Positions 44,992-53,983 of a stretch of 64,000 bases of DNA are shown here, piece after piece. Below the pieces are notes generated by a model that saw only the letters and a list, made by a program, of their open reading frames with translations, made no database searches and was not told the DNA's origin. The stretch lies in contig DYES01000065.1 of the NCBI GenBank assembly GCA_020725585.1, positions 737 through 64,736 on the forward strand, read 5' to 3'. The DNA is from Desulfovirgula sp. Lineage in GTDB: Bacteria; Bacillota; Desulfotomaculia; Desulfotomaculales; Nap2-2B. The position numbers were made by a program, and so were the translations under genes. Numbering within the stretch: position 1 is the stretch's first letter; every line of letters begins with the position of its first letter.

Positions 44992-46837
44992 CCTCTTTCC
45001 CTCCCGAAAGCTCCGGAGCAATTTCTAAAGTTACACACAAACCGCAGCCGGAACATTTCCCTTCCCGGCAGTCGCCGGTCAATATTCCTTTCAGGGCGCG
45101 CTGATGTTCATCAATCAGGTATTTTTTAGAAACGCCGGCGGATATGTGCTCCCAGGGCAATATGTCATCGTAATCATATTTCTGGTAAGCATACCATTCG
45201 GGAACAATCCCGGTCCGGCGAAAAGCCTCCCGCCAGAGATCAAAGCGGAAACATTCCGACCACCCGTCAAAACGGCAGCCCAGGCGCCACGCCTCTTCCA
45301 GTGCCGCCGCCAGGCGCCTGTCCCCGCGCGCCAGGACGGCTTCTAAAAAACTCTGGCGAGAATCATGCCAGCGAAAAATAATTCCTTTCGTTTTGAGCAA
45401 ATTTTTTAGGAGAGCCTGTTTCTCGTTTAACTCTTCCTGGGTATCCTGTGGTTCCCATTGAAAGGGGGTATGGGATTTAGGCACGAAACAGGACACGCTC
45501 ACCGTAACGGCCAACTTGCCGCGCGGCACCCCCAGGCGCTTCCCTGTCTCCAACACCTGGCGGGCCAGCCGGGCGATGCCTTCTACGTCCGCACGGGTTT
45601 CGGTAGGCAGGCCGATCATAAAATACAGCTTGACCGCCGACCAGCCCGCGGCAAAAGCGCTTTGCACCGCCCGCAGCAGATCTTCTTCGCCAACTCCTTT
45701 ATTAATCACGTTGCGCAGGCGCTGCGTGCCGGCCTCGGGGGCAAAGGTGAGGCCCGCTTTACGCACGCGGCTGACCTCCTGCGCCAGGGCCACCGAAAAA
45801 GCATCGACCCGCAAAGAAGGCAAAGATATGTTTATCCTCTGGGCGGCAAACTCATCCAATAGCTCGCCCACCAATCTGGCGACCTGTGAATAATCGGCAG
45901 TGCTTAAGGAAACGAGCGAAATTTCCTCGTAACCGGTACTTTTTACCAGTTCTCTGGCCTGCTCTAAAAGCGTTTCCGGCCTTTTTTCCCGCACGGGCCG
46001 GTAAATATTCCCGGCCTGGCAAAACCGGCAGCCCCTAGTACAACCCCGCATAACTTCCAGCATGATGCGGTCGTGAACCACTTCCGTGGAAGGAACGACC
46101 AATTTATCCGGAAAGGGCGCGGCGTCAAAATTTTTCACCACCCTTTTAGTTACTCGCTCCGGCACGCCTTCCCGGGACGGTTTGATCGAGGCGATCTTTC
46201 CATCCGGCTTATATTCTACCAGATAGAGAGACGGCACGTAAACACCGCCTATCCCCGCCGCCTGCAGCAAAAATTTTTCCCTGTCCCTGTGTTTCTGATA
46301 ATTTTTAACCAGATCAATAATTTCAGGAAATACCTCTTCCCCTTCGCCAATTACAAAAAGGTCAACAAAGTCGGCCAGCGGTTCGGGATTATAGGCACAG
46401 GGGCCGCCCGCGATAACCAGAGGATGTTGAGCGGAGCGCTCTTGAGCGCGCAAAGGCAATCCGGCCAAATCCAACATGTTGAGGACGTTGGTAAACGTCA
46501 TTTCGTATTGCAGCGTAAAGGCCAGCAGATCAAAGTCCCCGACGGTACGCTGCGATTCCAGGCTAAAAAGCGGAATCCGGTGCTGGCGCATCTCTTTTTC
46601 CATGTCCGGCCAGGGCGCAAAAACTCGCTCCATTAAAGCATCGTCCCGTTCGTTTACTAAATGATAAAGGATTTGCAGGCCCAGATGCGACATGCCTACC
46701 TCGTAAACGTCCGGAAAGGCAAAGGCAATTTTGACTGGAGTTTGCTCCCAGTTTTTGAGCACCGCGTTCCATTCCCCGCCCGCGTAGCGCGCCGGCTTCT
46801 GGACGCGGCTTAAAACCCTTTCAATTTTGGGATTCAT
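44966..46837 (-). CDS. B12-binding-like radical SAM protein (TIGR03960 family)
   Basis: KPARYAGGE, FPDVYEVGMSHLG, RGCTRGCRFCQAG and FAPEAGTQRLR motifs; C-terminal C-x4-CxxCxxC. Confidence 0.9.
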   Translation of the reverse strand: MNPKIERVLSRVQKPARYAGGEWNAVLKNWEQTPVKIAFAFPDVYEVGMSHLGLQILYHLVNERDDALMERVFAPWPDMEKEMRQHRIPLFSLESQRTVGDFDLLAFTLQYEMTFTNVLNMLDLAGLPLRAQERSAQHPLVIAGGPCAYNPEPLADFVDLFVIGEGEEVFPEIIDLVKNYQKHRDREKFLLQAAGIGGVYVPSLYLVEYKPDGKIASIKPSREGVPERVTKRVVKNFDAAPFPDKLVVPSTEVVHDRIMLEVMRGCTRGCRFCQAGNIYRPVREKRPETLLEQARELVKSTGYEEISLVSLSTADYSQVARLVGELLDEFAAQRINISLPSLRVDAFSVALAQEVSRVRKAGLTFAPEAGTQRLRNVINKGVGEEDLLRAVQSAFAAGWSAVKLYFMIGLPTETRADVEGIARLARQVLETGKRLGVPRGKLAVTVSVSCFVPKSHTPFQWEPQDTQEELNEKQALLKNLLKTKGIIFRWHDSRQSFLEAVLARGDRRLAAALEEAWRLGCRFDGWSECFRFDLWREAFRRTGIVPEWYAYQKYDYDDILPWEHISAGVSKKYLIDEHQRALKGILTGDCREGKCSGCGLCVTLEIAPELSGGKEVAPLQGAV

Positions 46838-46937
46838 GATCCCCTCTCCTAAATGCGTTTCTAACTGGTATTATTGCCCGCGGGAAAACGTTCCTTACAT
46901 AAGTTTTTCTTCTTCCGGCTTAAAAAACCTGCCTTCC

Positions 46938-47069
46938 TTAAAATAAAGAAGCTGCCAGCGCTGAGGAGGCCACTTCCTCGTAATCCCCGCCCACCGCCAC
47001 TAATTTACCGTCGCACAAAGCCAGCCACTGATTCTGGCAAAAAACAAAAACCAGGCTTTCGTAGGACAT
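46938..47069 (-). CDS. small protein (43 aa), DUF5678-like core, not in the ORF track
   Basis: GGGAGGTGA RBS then MSYESLVFVFCQNQWLALCDGKLVAVGGDYEEVASSALAASLF. Confidence 0.55.
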   Translation of the reverse strand: MSYESLVFVFCQNQWLALCDGKLVAVGGDYEEVASSALAASLF

Positions 47070-47189
47070 ACCCTCACCTCCCTCTTACTTACTTACTTAT
47101 TTAACTTACCTACTTTAATACCCCCCACAATAACTTAAGGCCACCCCAACCTGGGTGGCCTTTCCTTTTCTGACGAATCCAGAGAATTT

Positions 47190-47312
47190 TCAAGGCAAGT
47201 CCACTGCAGGTTGCCGGCATAAATACGCAAACGCCACTTCCCCGGCGCACATGGCCATGCCCGGGGTGCCTGTAGTAGTCATTGCGTTTGCCATCGTAAC
47301 CGGCAACAACAT
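47190..47312 (-). CDS. putative small peptide (40 aa)
   Basis: Promoter TTGCCA-N17-TATATT (47336-47364), AGGAGG RBS, MLLPVTMANAMTTTGTPGMAMCAGEVAFAYLCRQPAVDLP, then hairpin AAGGCCACCC...GGGTGGCCTT. Confidence 0.4.
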   Translation of the reverse strand: MLLPVTMANAMTTTGTPGMAMCAGEVAFAYLCRQPAVDLP

Positions 47313-47511
47313 TAACTTCCCCTCCTAACGTATACAATATACCATAAGAATGCTGCTCTGGCAATACTTTTTATTTCCGGACGCTGCCCAAAATAAACGC
47401 GCTCCCCAACATTACCAATGTTTGGAAGCATCTCGCTTGACAGAGAAAGGTATAATATGGTATTTTGAGCTCAATGCGAACGCTAATTCCATGCTGAAGG
47501 ATGTGGTTAAA

Positions 47512-48891
47512 ATGGAACAATTCATCACCGTGGACATCGGTCATTTATTAGGCAAAGATCGCGATCTGAACACTTTCGTCAAAAAATACGGCGCCGCTTT
47601 TCAAGAATTTCAATCCTTGCTAAAAGAAAACCGCTCTACCGTCACCCTTTCCTTCCTGGAAGAGGAATCGATCCCGGAAATAAAGCGGATCGCCCTTGAC
47701 TTAAAGACAAGATACGAAAACGTACTGGTCCTGGGGATCGGCGGATCTGCTCTGGGTTTTCGCGCCGTCCTGCAATTTTTAAAAGGGCCTTTCTATAACT
47801 TAGAAAAACACAACCGGCCCCGGATTTTCGTCCTGGACAACGTGGATCCGGCAGTGGTCAAAAAGCTGGACGAGCTTCTCGACTTTCAAAAAACGGCGCT
47901 CATTTACACCAGCAAATCGGGTTCCACGCCGGAAACCGCAGCAAGCTTCATCCATTTTTACAAACTGTATCGAGAAGCCGGAGGCAGGCCGGAAGACATC
48001 GTTATTATCTGCGACCGCCGGGAGAACGGCATCAACAGGATCGCCAAAAACCTGGGGTGCCACCTGCTCCACATCCCCCGCGACCTGCCGGGCAGATATT
48101 CCGTTTTGTCTTCCGTGGGGTTCCTTCCCTCGGAAATTATCGGCATTGACAGCAAACAATTGTTAAGCGGCGCCCGGGCGGTGCACCAGGCTATCACCAG
48201 CGCGCCCCCCGAGGAAAACGCCGTTTTTGTCCTGGGTGCGTGCCTTTTTGAACACGCCCAAAAGGGCCGGACAATTCACGTCCTTTTCAACTACAGCAGT
48301 CTGCTTATCGAATTCGGCCTCTGGTTTATGCAGCTATGGGCAGAAAGCCTGGGCAAAAGGCTCTCCGTTGCCCAGGAGGTAGTCAATGCCGGCACCACCC
48401 CGCTGGCCTGCCTGGGGGCTACAGACCAACATTCACTCCTCCAGCTTTTCAAAGAAGGGCCTGACGATAAGGTTTTCGGCTTTATTAAAATCGATCATTT
48501 CCCCGCCGACGTAGAGCTCACCGCCGAATTTCCCGCTGAGGTGGAATACGCCTACTTCGCCGGGCATACCCTGGGAGAGCAGCTGAGCATCGAGCAGCTG
48601 GCCACAGAAATGAGCCTAGCCAGGGCGGGGCGTCCCTGCTACCGGGTCTCCCTCCCGGACATCTCCGCCCCGACGCTGGGGGCCCTGTTTTACTTTTACG
48701 AAGCTCTGGTCGTGTATACCGCTCGGCTGTGGGGGGTCAATCCTTTCGATCAGCCCGGCGTGGAGGAGGGGAAAAATATCACGTACTCTCTTTTGGGAAG
48801 GCAGGACTACACCGGGCGGCGGCAAGAATACGAAAAAGATATTGAACAATACAGCAAAGAGCAGAAAATTTATAAATTGTATCTTAAGTAG
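47512..48891 (+). CDS. pgi: glucose-6-phosphate isomerase
   Basis: LGIGGSALG, SKSGSTPET, GRYSVLS, QLWAESLGK, DQHSLLQL and NPFDQPGVEEGK motifs. Confidence 0.93.
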   Translation: MEQFITVDIGHLLGKDRDLNTFVKKYGAAFQEFQSLLKENRSTVTLSFLEEESIPEIKRIALDLKTRYENVLVLGIGGSALGFRAVLQFLKGPFYNLEKHNRPRIFVLDNVDPAVVKKLDELLDFQKTALIYTSKSGSTPETAASFIHFYKLYREAGGRPEDIVIICDRRENGINRIAKNLGCHLLHIPRDLPGRYSVLSSVGFLPSEIIGIDSKQLLSGARAVHQAITSAPPEENAVFVLGACLFEHAQKGRTIHVLFNYSSLLIEFGLWFMQLWAESLGKRLSVAQEVVNAGTTPLACLGATDQHSLLQLFKEGPDDKVFGFIKIDHFPADVELTAEFPAEVEYAYFAGHTLGEQLSIEQLATEMSLARAGRPCYRVSLPDISAPTLGALFYFYEALVVYTARLWGVNPFDQPGVEEGKNITYSLLGRQDYTGRRQEYEKDIEQYSKEQKIYKLYLK

Positions 48892-48896
48892 GTCTT

Positions 48897-49030
48897 CGAT
48901 CAGTTCAGCCCTTTTTCCACAAAAGTTTTGGACACTTTTAAGAAGGCCAGCAAGGCACTTTCCAGCTTCTCGACGTTTTGTTCGCTGGCCTTCTCTGCCA
49001 GTTCCCTGGCCGCGGCGTGGATTACGCCAA
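48897..49030 (-). pseudogene. possible gene fragment (helical, GntR FCD-like)
   Basis: Start-less frame VIHAAARELAEKASEQNVEKLESALLAFLKVSKTFVEKGLN* between spoIVFB and the pgi 3' end. Confidence 0.25.
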
Positions 49031-49049
49031 ATTTTTATTTTCAGTGCGG

Positions 49050-49931
49050 TTATAATGGCTTTAAGGGGAGTTTGCCGACCGGGAGATCGAAGCCGTGTTC
49101 TAACAATCCGTCGATAATTTGCACCTCCGTAAGCGTTCCCTTATAATGCCACTGGTTGTCCAGCACCAGCACCAGGTGAAACTTTTGGGGCAAAAAAGGG
49201 CGGAGCACTTCGCCTAGAGTTGCATTTTCCAGAACCACCAGCGGCTCGGCAGGCAGAATGCGGGCCCTGACCAGCTCTTCCTTCTTTTGCATCAGGTGGC
49301 GTACAAAAAGGTAAGGAGCCGCGCTTTTTTCGCGCGTGGCCGCGTAGAAAAGAAACAAACCAGTAAACAATATATCCAGGCCGGTAAATCGGGAAAGCAA
49401 GCCAAAAACCCCAAACAGAACGATGATCACCCCCCATACCTGACCGAGGCCTGCAGCCCGGTAGGTGGCCTCGCGAATCCCGATTTTGGCCGCCAGATAA
49501 GCCCGGTAAACCCGCCCGCCATCCAGCGGCAAGGCCGGAAGCAAATTAAAAGCGGCGATCAACAGATTGCACTGCAGAAAAAAAGGACCCAGCTCTTCAT
49601 GCCAGAGGCCGTGATTTTTCAAAGCCAGGCCGCAGGCGGCCATCACCAGGTTGCTGGCCGGCCCGGCCACGGCGATCCAGCTCTCTTTCAGCGGATCCAG
49701 AATCATCTCCCCGCCCATCCGGGTCACCCCACCAAAAGGGAGCAACTCCACTTCCGTAACCGGCACCGCTAGGCGCCTGGCCACGGCGGCGTGCGCCAGC
49801 TCATGGAAAAACACCACGGCAAAAGCAATCAGCCCCTTGCCGATGACGCCCGCAACAAAGAAAAGGCCCAACAGGCCCAGAAAAAAAACGTTCAGGTAGA
49901 TGTTGATCCCCATGATTTGTACGATCCGCAT
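49050..49931 (-). CDS. spoIVFB: M50 site-2 metalloprotease SpoIVFB
   Basis: HELAH, LLPFGG, AGPASN and FNLLPALPLDGGR motifs; CBS-like C-terminus; downstream of an M23 gene. Confidence 0.85.
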   Translation of the reverse strand: MRIVQIMGINIYLNVFFLGLLGLFFVAGVIGKGLIAFAVVFFHELAHAAVARRLAVPVTEVELLPFGGVTRMGGEMILDPLKESWIAVAGPASNLVMAACGLALKNHGLWHEELGPFFLQCNLLIAAFNLLPALPLDGGRVYRAYLAAKIGIREATYRAAGLGQVWGVIIVLFGVFGLLSRFTGLDILFTGLFLFYAATREKSAAPYLFVRHLMQKKEELVRARILPAEPLVVLENATLGEVLRPFLPQKFHLVLVLDNQWHYKGTLTEVQIIDGLLEHGFDLPVGKLPLKPL

Positions 49932-49982
49932 TAGCTTCCCCCGCAAACAAAAGATATGACGGCGCCCCTTCTCCCGCCCGTC

Positions 49983-50756
49983 TTATTTCGGCGCCTTTAA
50001 TCTGGTTAAAGGGTCGATCAGCTTGCCATTTTCCCTTAACTCAAAATGCAGGCCGCCGCCGGGTACATCGCCACTTTCGCCCACTTCGCCGATCACCTGT
50101 CCGGCCTGTACAGTTTCGCCTTGCGCAATCTGCACGGGCGCCAGTCCGGCATACAGCGTATAATTATTTTCGCCGTGGTCAATTAAGACGAAATAACCAA
50201 GGGAAGGATCTTTGCCGGTGCGGGCTACTTTTCCACTGCGCGCGGCCTTTACAGGAGTGCCAGGAAAAGTTTTGATATCGATGCCGGCGTGAAAACGCTC
50301 TAACCCATCTAGAGGGTCGGCAGACCAGCCAAAGCCCCTTACCACTTTGCCCGAAAGGGGGATGACCAAATCTTCAGTCAATCCGCTTCGCCCCAGGGTT
50401 TCCCGGGATTCCTGAATCATGTCGCCATAAAAGGGATAATTTTCATTAACCATTTGCAGGCCTATTTGCACCGCTCTTTGCACAGCCGGCTGGATATTCC
50501 ATTCCGTAGTGAGAATGTAGCGGAGATTCTCCCGTACCTGCGCACCCAGCGGGTCGGGAATTTCCTTCAAAGCAAGGAAAACAGCCAGCAAAACCAGGGC
50601 TATAGTCACCCGCAAAAATGTCTTGCGGTAACCGTGGCGGGGTTTTTCCTCCGGCCAGCCGCGATAACTTGCCGAACCGGAAGATGGCCAATCCACGATT
50701 TGATACTTCTTGGAGCCAAAAGACCGGCTATCCTTCCTGAAAACCCTCCAGATCAA
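49983..50756 (-). CDS. spoIVFA: M23 family membrane protein SpoIVFA-like
   Basis: One TM helix plus M23-like domain (HAGID, YAGL, LHFELR; the HxH motif is degenerate); sigma-E-like GTCATATT...AATATAT promoter upstream; TTG start after GGAGGGG. Confidence 0.75.
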   Translation of the reverse strand: MIWRVFRKDSRSFGSKKYQIVDWPSSGSASYRGWPEEKPRHGYRKTFLRVTIALVLLAVFLALKEIPDPLGAQVRENLRYILTTEWNIQPAVQRAVQIGLQMVNENYPFYGDMIQESRETLGRSGLTEDLVIPLSGKVVRGFGWSADPLDGLERFHAGIDIKTFPGTPVKAARSGKVARTGKDPSLGYFVLIDHGENNYTLYAGLAPVQIAQGETVQAGQVIGEVGESGDVPGGGLHFELRENGKLIDPLTRLKAPK

Positions 50757-50826
50757 AGCAATCCCCTCCGTTACAAATATATTTTTCGGAGGGGACAAAT
50801 ATGACAAGCCTGCCGCCTGGCGAAGC

Positions 50827-52167
50827 TTAAAACAAAATTTTTCTCCGGCGCACGTGAACGCTCTGCAAAAGCCCCAGCGCCATCATGTTCATGATCATAC
50901 TGGAACCGCCGTAGCTAAAGAGAGGCAAAGGAATGCCCGTCACGGGCATGATGCCGCAGGTCATTCCGATGTTTACAAAAACGTGAAAGGAAAACATGGC
51001 AACAACCCCAAAAGCTAAAAGAGAGCCCACAAAATCCCTCGCTTCCAGGGCAATCCTGATCCCGCGGAGGATCAGGAGAAAAAACAACCCCAGGAGAACC
51101 AGCGCGCCTGCAAAACCGAATTCCTCGCCGACCACCGAAAAGATAAAATCCGTATGGCGGACCGGCAAAAAAGTAAAGTGGGTTTGCGTGCCCCCAAGTA
51201 AGCCCTTGCCGGTCAGCCCTCCGGAGCCAATGGAGATGAGCGACTGCCAGATATGGTAGCCATCCCCCAGCAGGTCCTTTTCGGGGTTTAAAAAGATAAA
51301 CAAGCGGGTCATCTGGTACTCTTTTAACGTGTATTTATGAAACTTCTCGTGCCGCGCGCGCGCCGTCTGATATTTTTTTAATAAATGGGAATACTTTCTT
51401 TCCAGCTCCGGATCGGCCGGTGTTGCCGCGCTGCCGGCCGCGGCGAGCTTTTTTTCTTGTTCCAGAACAGATAACTGCTTTTCCAACTGTCGCTCTGTAT
51501 CGTGCAAATATGCGTGACTAAAAATAAGCACAGCGGCCAGGACCAGTCCCGCCGCAATTATTTCCAGGAGCAAAAGGGGCCTGGCGTCCGCCAGGAACAG
51601 CATCGCCAGCATAATTGCCACAAATACCATGGACGTACCTAAATCAGGCTGGGCAAGGATCAACAGCATAGGCGTTCCCACGAAAACGAAGCAGGGAATT
51701 AAGTCCTTTAACTTATTTAAATTCCCCTTTCTTTTCACCAGAAAGCCGGTGAAAGTTATGATCATCAATATTTTGGAAAATTCGGAAGGCTGAAAAGCAA
51801 AGGGGCCCACCTGAATCCACCGCTGGGCGCCAAAAGCAACGTGACCCTTGACGAGCACCGCCGCCAGAAGAAGCAGGTTCAAAACATAGAGGAGGCGAGT
51901 GTGTTTCACCATGTCCTCATAAGGGATATAAATCATCACGAACATAAAAAAAAGACCAGCAACTACCCAAAGAAATTGTTTCGCCACATAAGTAAAATCA
52001 AGGTGCAAAAGTCTTAAGAGAAAATTTAAATTTTTTAACTCCGTAAAAGAATCATCGGTAAATTCCAAAGAAGCGCTGCCGATGATTACCAGGCCGAACA
52101 AAATAATGGCCACTGCCGTGAAGAGGAGGGTATAATCAAGATTTTTTACTATTCTAGCAATCGACAT
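50827..52167 (-). CDS. rodA: SEDS glycosyltransferase RodA
   Basis: GAQRWI, QPSEFSK, QPDLGT, HTDFIFSVVGEEFG and GIPLPLFSYGGSS motifs. Confidence 0.93.
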   Translation of the reverse strand: MSIARIVKNLDYTLLFTAVAIILFGLVIIGSASLEFTDDSFTELKNLNFLLRLLHLDFTYVAKQFLWVVAGLFFMFVMIYIPYEDMVKHTRLLYVLNLLLLAAVLVKGHVAFGAQRWIQVGPFAFQPSEFSKILMIITFTGFLVKRKGNLNKLKDLIPCFVFVGTPMLLILAQPDLGTSMVFVAIMLAMLFLADARPLLLLEIIAAGLVLAAVLIFSHAYLHDTERQLEKQLSVLEQEKKLAAAGSAATPADPELERKYSHLLKKYQTARARHEKFHKYTLKEYQMTRLFIFLNPEKDLLGDGYHIWQSLISIGSGGLTGKGLLGGTQTHFTFLPVRHTDFIFSVVGEEFGFAGALVLLGLFFLLILRGIRIALEARDFVGSLLAFGVVAMFSFHVFVNIGMTCGIMPVTGIPLPLFSYGGSSMIMNMMALGLLQSVHVRRRKILF

Positions 52168-52217
52168 GTTTAGCCTTCGCCCCCCTTCGAGATCAATTAT
52201 AGTACGAAAGAGGACAC

Positions 52218-52258
52218 AAAAAAAGCCCCGTAACAATTACCAGCAAAAAACGGGGGCT
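52218..52258 (-). terminator. terminator after minE
   Basis: Minus strand AGCCCCCGT...ACGGGGCT followed by TTTTTT. Confidence 0.5.
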
Positions 52259-52281
52259 CTCTTCACCAGGGCGTTTTTTGG

Positions 52282-52569
52282 TTAAATACTGGAAGCAAGT
52301 TCCTTGGGAATCCGTTTCATGCCCCGCACCGGAATGCTGGCCACCAGAGCAACCTGATCTTCGCTGGTTTCCAAACTAACTTCCAGCGCTTTCTCGTCAA
52401 TATCCATATAATTGGAAATGACTTTAATCAGCTCGTTTTTTAGAGTTTCTAAGAGTTGCGGGGACACTCCGGCCCGGTCATGCACCAACACCAGCCGCAA
52501 TCTTTCCTTGGCCACATTTTTGCTGGCGGTCGTTTCGCGCCCAAATACGCGAGCTAAAAATTCAAACAT
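52282..52569 (-). CDS. minE: cell division topological specificity factor MinE
   Basis: SKNVAKERLRLVLVHDR motif. Confidence 0.96.
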   Translation of the reverse strand: MFEFLARVFGRETTASKNVAKERLRLVLVHDRAGVSPQLLETLKNELIKVISNYMDIDEKALEVSLETSEDQVALVASIPVRGMKRIPKELASSI

Positions 52570-52597
52570 CGTTCTTCCCCCCTTGTCCGTGATAGTC

Positions 52598-53389
52598 TTA
52601 CTTTAGACCGATAATCCGCCGTAACCTGCCTAAAAAGCCGCTGTCATCCAGGTTCATCATGGGCACCGCCTCACCCTTAATTCTGCGGACAATATTGCGG
52701 TACGCCTGACCGGAACGAGAACGCTCGTCGGAAACAACCGTCTCGCCGCGGTTTGTGCTGATCACGACCAATTCGTCCTCCGGCACCACGCCTAAAAGGT
52801 CCACCGCCAGAATATCGATGATGTCTTCAATTCCCATCATGTCTCCATGACGGACCATTTTTGGCCGGATGCGGTTAATAATCAAGGCAGGGTTGCGCAA
52901 TTCCGCCGCTTCAAGAAGACCGATTACCCGGTCGGCATCTCTTACGGCGGCCACCTCGGGGGTGGTCACCACGATTGCCTTTTGGGCGCCCGCAATGGCA
53001 TTCCGAAACCCTTGTTCAATTCCTGCCGGGCAATCAATGATCACGTACTCAAACTCTGCCGCCAGCTCACCGCATAACTTTTTCATCTGTTCGGGGTTGA
53101 CCGCCGTTTTATCTTTAGTCTGGGCGGCAGGCAAAAGAAAAAGCCCCTCGTAACGCTTGTCTTTAATCAACGCCTGCCTTAACCGGCAGTGCCCTTCCGT
53201 GACGTCGGTTATATCATAAACAATCCGGTTCTCCAAACCCAGCACCACGTCAAGGTTACGCAAGCCAATGTCGGCATCGACCAATACTACTTTATGGCCC
53301 AAAGCGGCCAGCCCGGCCCCAATATTGGCTGTAGTAGTGGTTTTACCGACCCCCCCTTTCCCGGAAGTCACGACAATTATTTCGCTCAT
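52598..53389 (-). CDS. minD: septum site-determining ATPase MinD
   Basis: SGKGGVGKTT, DIGLRNLD and DCPAGIEQGF motifs; C-terminal amphipathic helix. Confidence 0.97.
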   Translation of the reverse strand: MSEIIVVTSGKGGVGKTTTTANIGAGLAALGHKVVLVDADIGLRNLDVVLGLENRIVYDITDVTEGHCRLRQALIKDKRYEGLFLLPAAQTKDKTAVNPEQMKKLCGELAAEFEYVIIDCPAGIEQGFRNAIAGAQKAIVVTTPEVAAVRDADRVIGLLEAAELRNPALIINRIRPKMVRHGDMMGIEDIIDILAVDLLGVVPEDELVVISTNRGETVVSDERSRSGQAYRNIVRRIKGEAVPMMNLDDSGFLGRLRRIIGLK

Positions 53390-53448
53390 ACACGTACCTC
53401 CCTAAGTCAGTCGTCTGTCATCGGACGCCATGATCGCAGGAAGAAAAA

Positions 53449-53910
53449 CTAAATCAGGTTGCCGTACCGATCGCTGCTTTGAAATACCTCAATCGTTACC
53501 ATGTTATCTTTAATGCGGGCAATTTCGGGCTGTTCAGGACCGGTAATTTCATCATCAGGAGGGCGCGTGATATGATTGGCGATCCGGAGCTGCGTAGGCT
53601 GCAGCCGAAAGGCCAGCACCGCCGCCTGCTCGTCTCCAGAGGCGCCGGCATGAACCACCCCGCGTAAAGCGCCCAGCACAATAATATGGCCGGAGGCTAC
53701 AATCTCGGCGCCAGGGTTTACATCCCCGACCACCACCACATTACCGTCGAAATGTATCTTCTGCCCCGAGCGAAGCGTTCGCCGCACCAGGATGGTGTTT
53801 TCATCAATCATTTCATCGATTTCTTTGGGCCTGCGCGCCTTTTTAAACCATGGCTCGGGGGGGCTATTTTTGATTTCCGTGGCCAAGGCTAACCTCTCCT
53901 CGCAATACAC
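53449..53910 (-). CDS. minC: septum site-determining protein MinC (short, essentially the C-terminal domain)
   Basis: TLRSGQ, GDVNPGAEI, GALRGVVHAG and PTQLRIA motifs; start uncertain. Confidence 0.9.
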   Translation of the reverse strand: MYCEERLALATEIKNSPPEPWFKKARRPKEIDEMIDENTILVRRTLRSGQKIHFDGNVVVVGDVNPGAEIVASGHIIVLGALRGVVHAGASGDEQAAVLAFRLQPTQLRIANHITRPPDDEITGPEQPEIARIKDNMVTIEVFQSSDRYGNLI

Positions 53911-53919
53911 TTATGATAA

Positions 53920-53946
53920 GTTCTACAAAAAAAAACCAAATCCTGC
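53920..53946 (-). promoter_or_regulatory. sigma-H-like promoter of minCDE
   Basis: GCAGGATTT-N11-GTAGAAC. Confidence 0.55.
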
Positions 53947-53983
53947 TAACAATAAATAAAAATAAAGGGTTTTTAACTAGATT

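Noticed and set aside
47110-47364. 84-aa track ORF
   Set aside because: Its start coincides with the -35 box and it runs through the RBS and the hairpin. The 40-aa frame fits the signals better, though a frameshifted gene remains possible.
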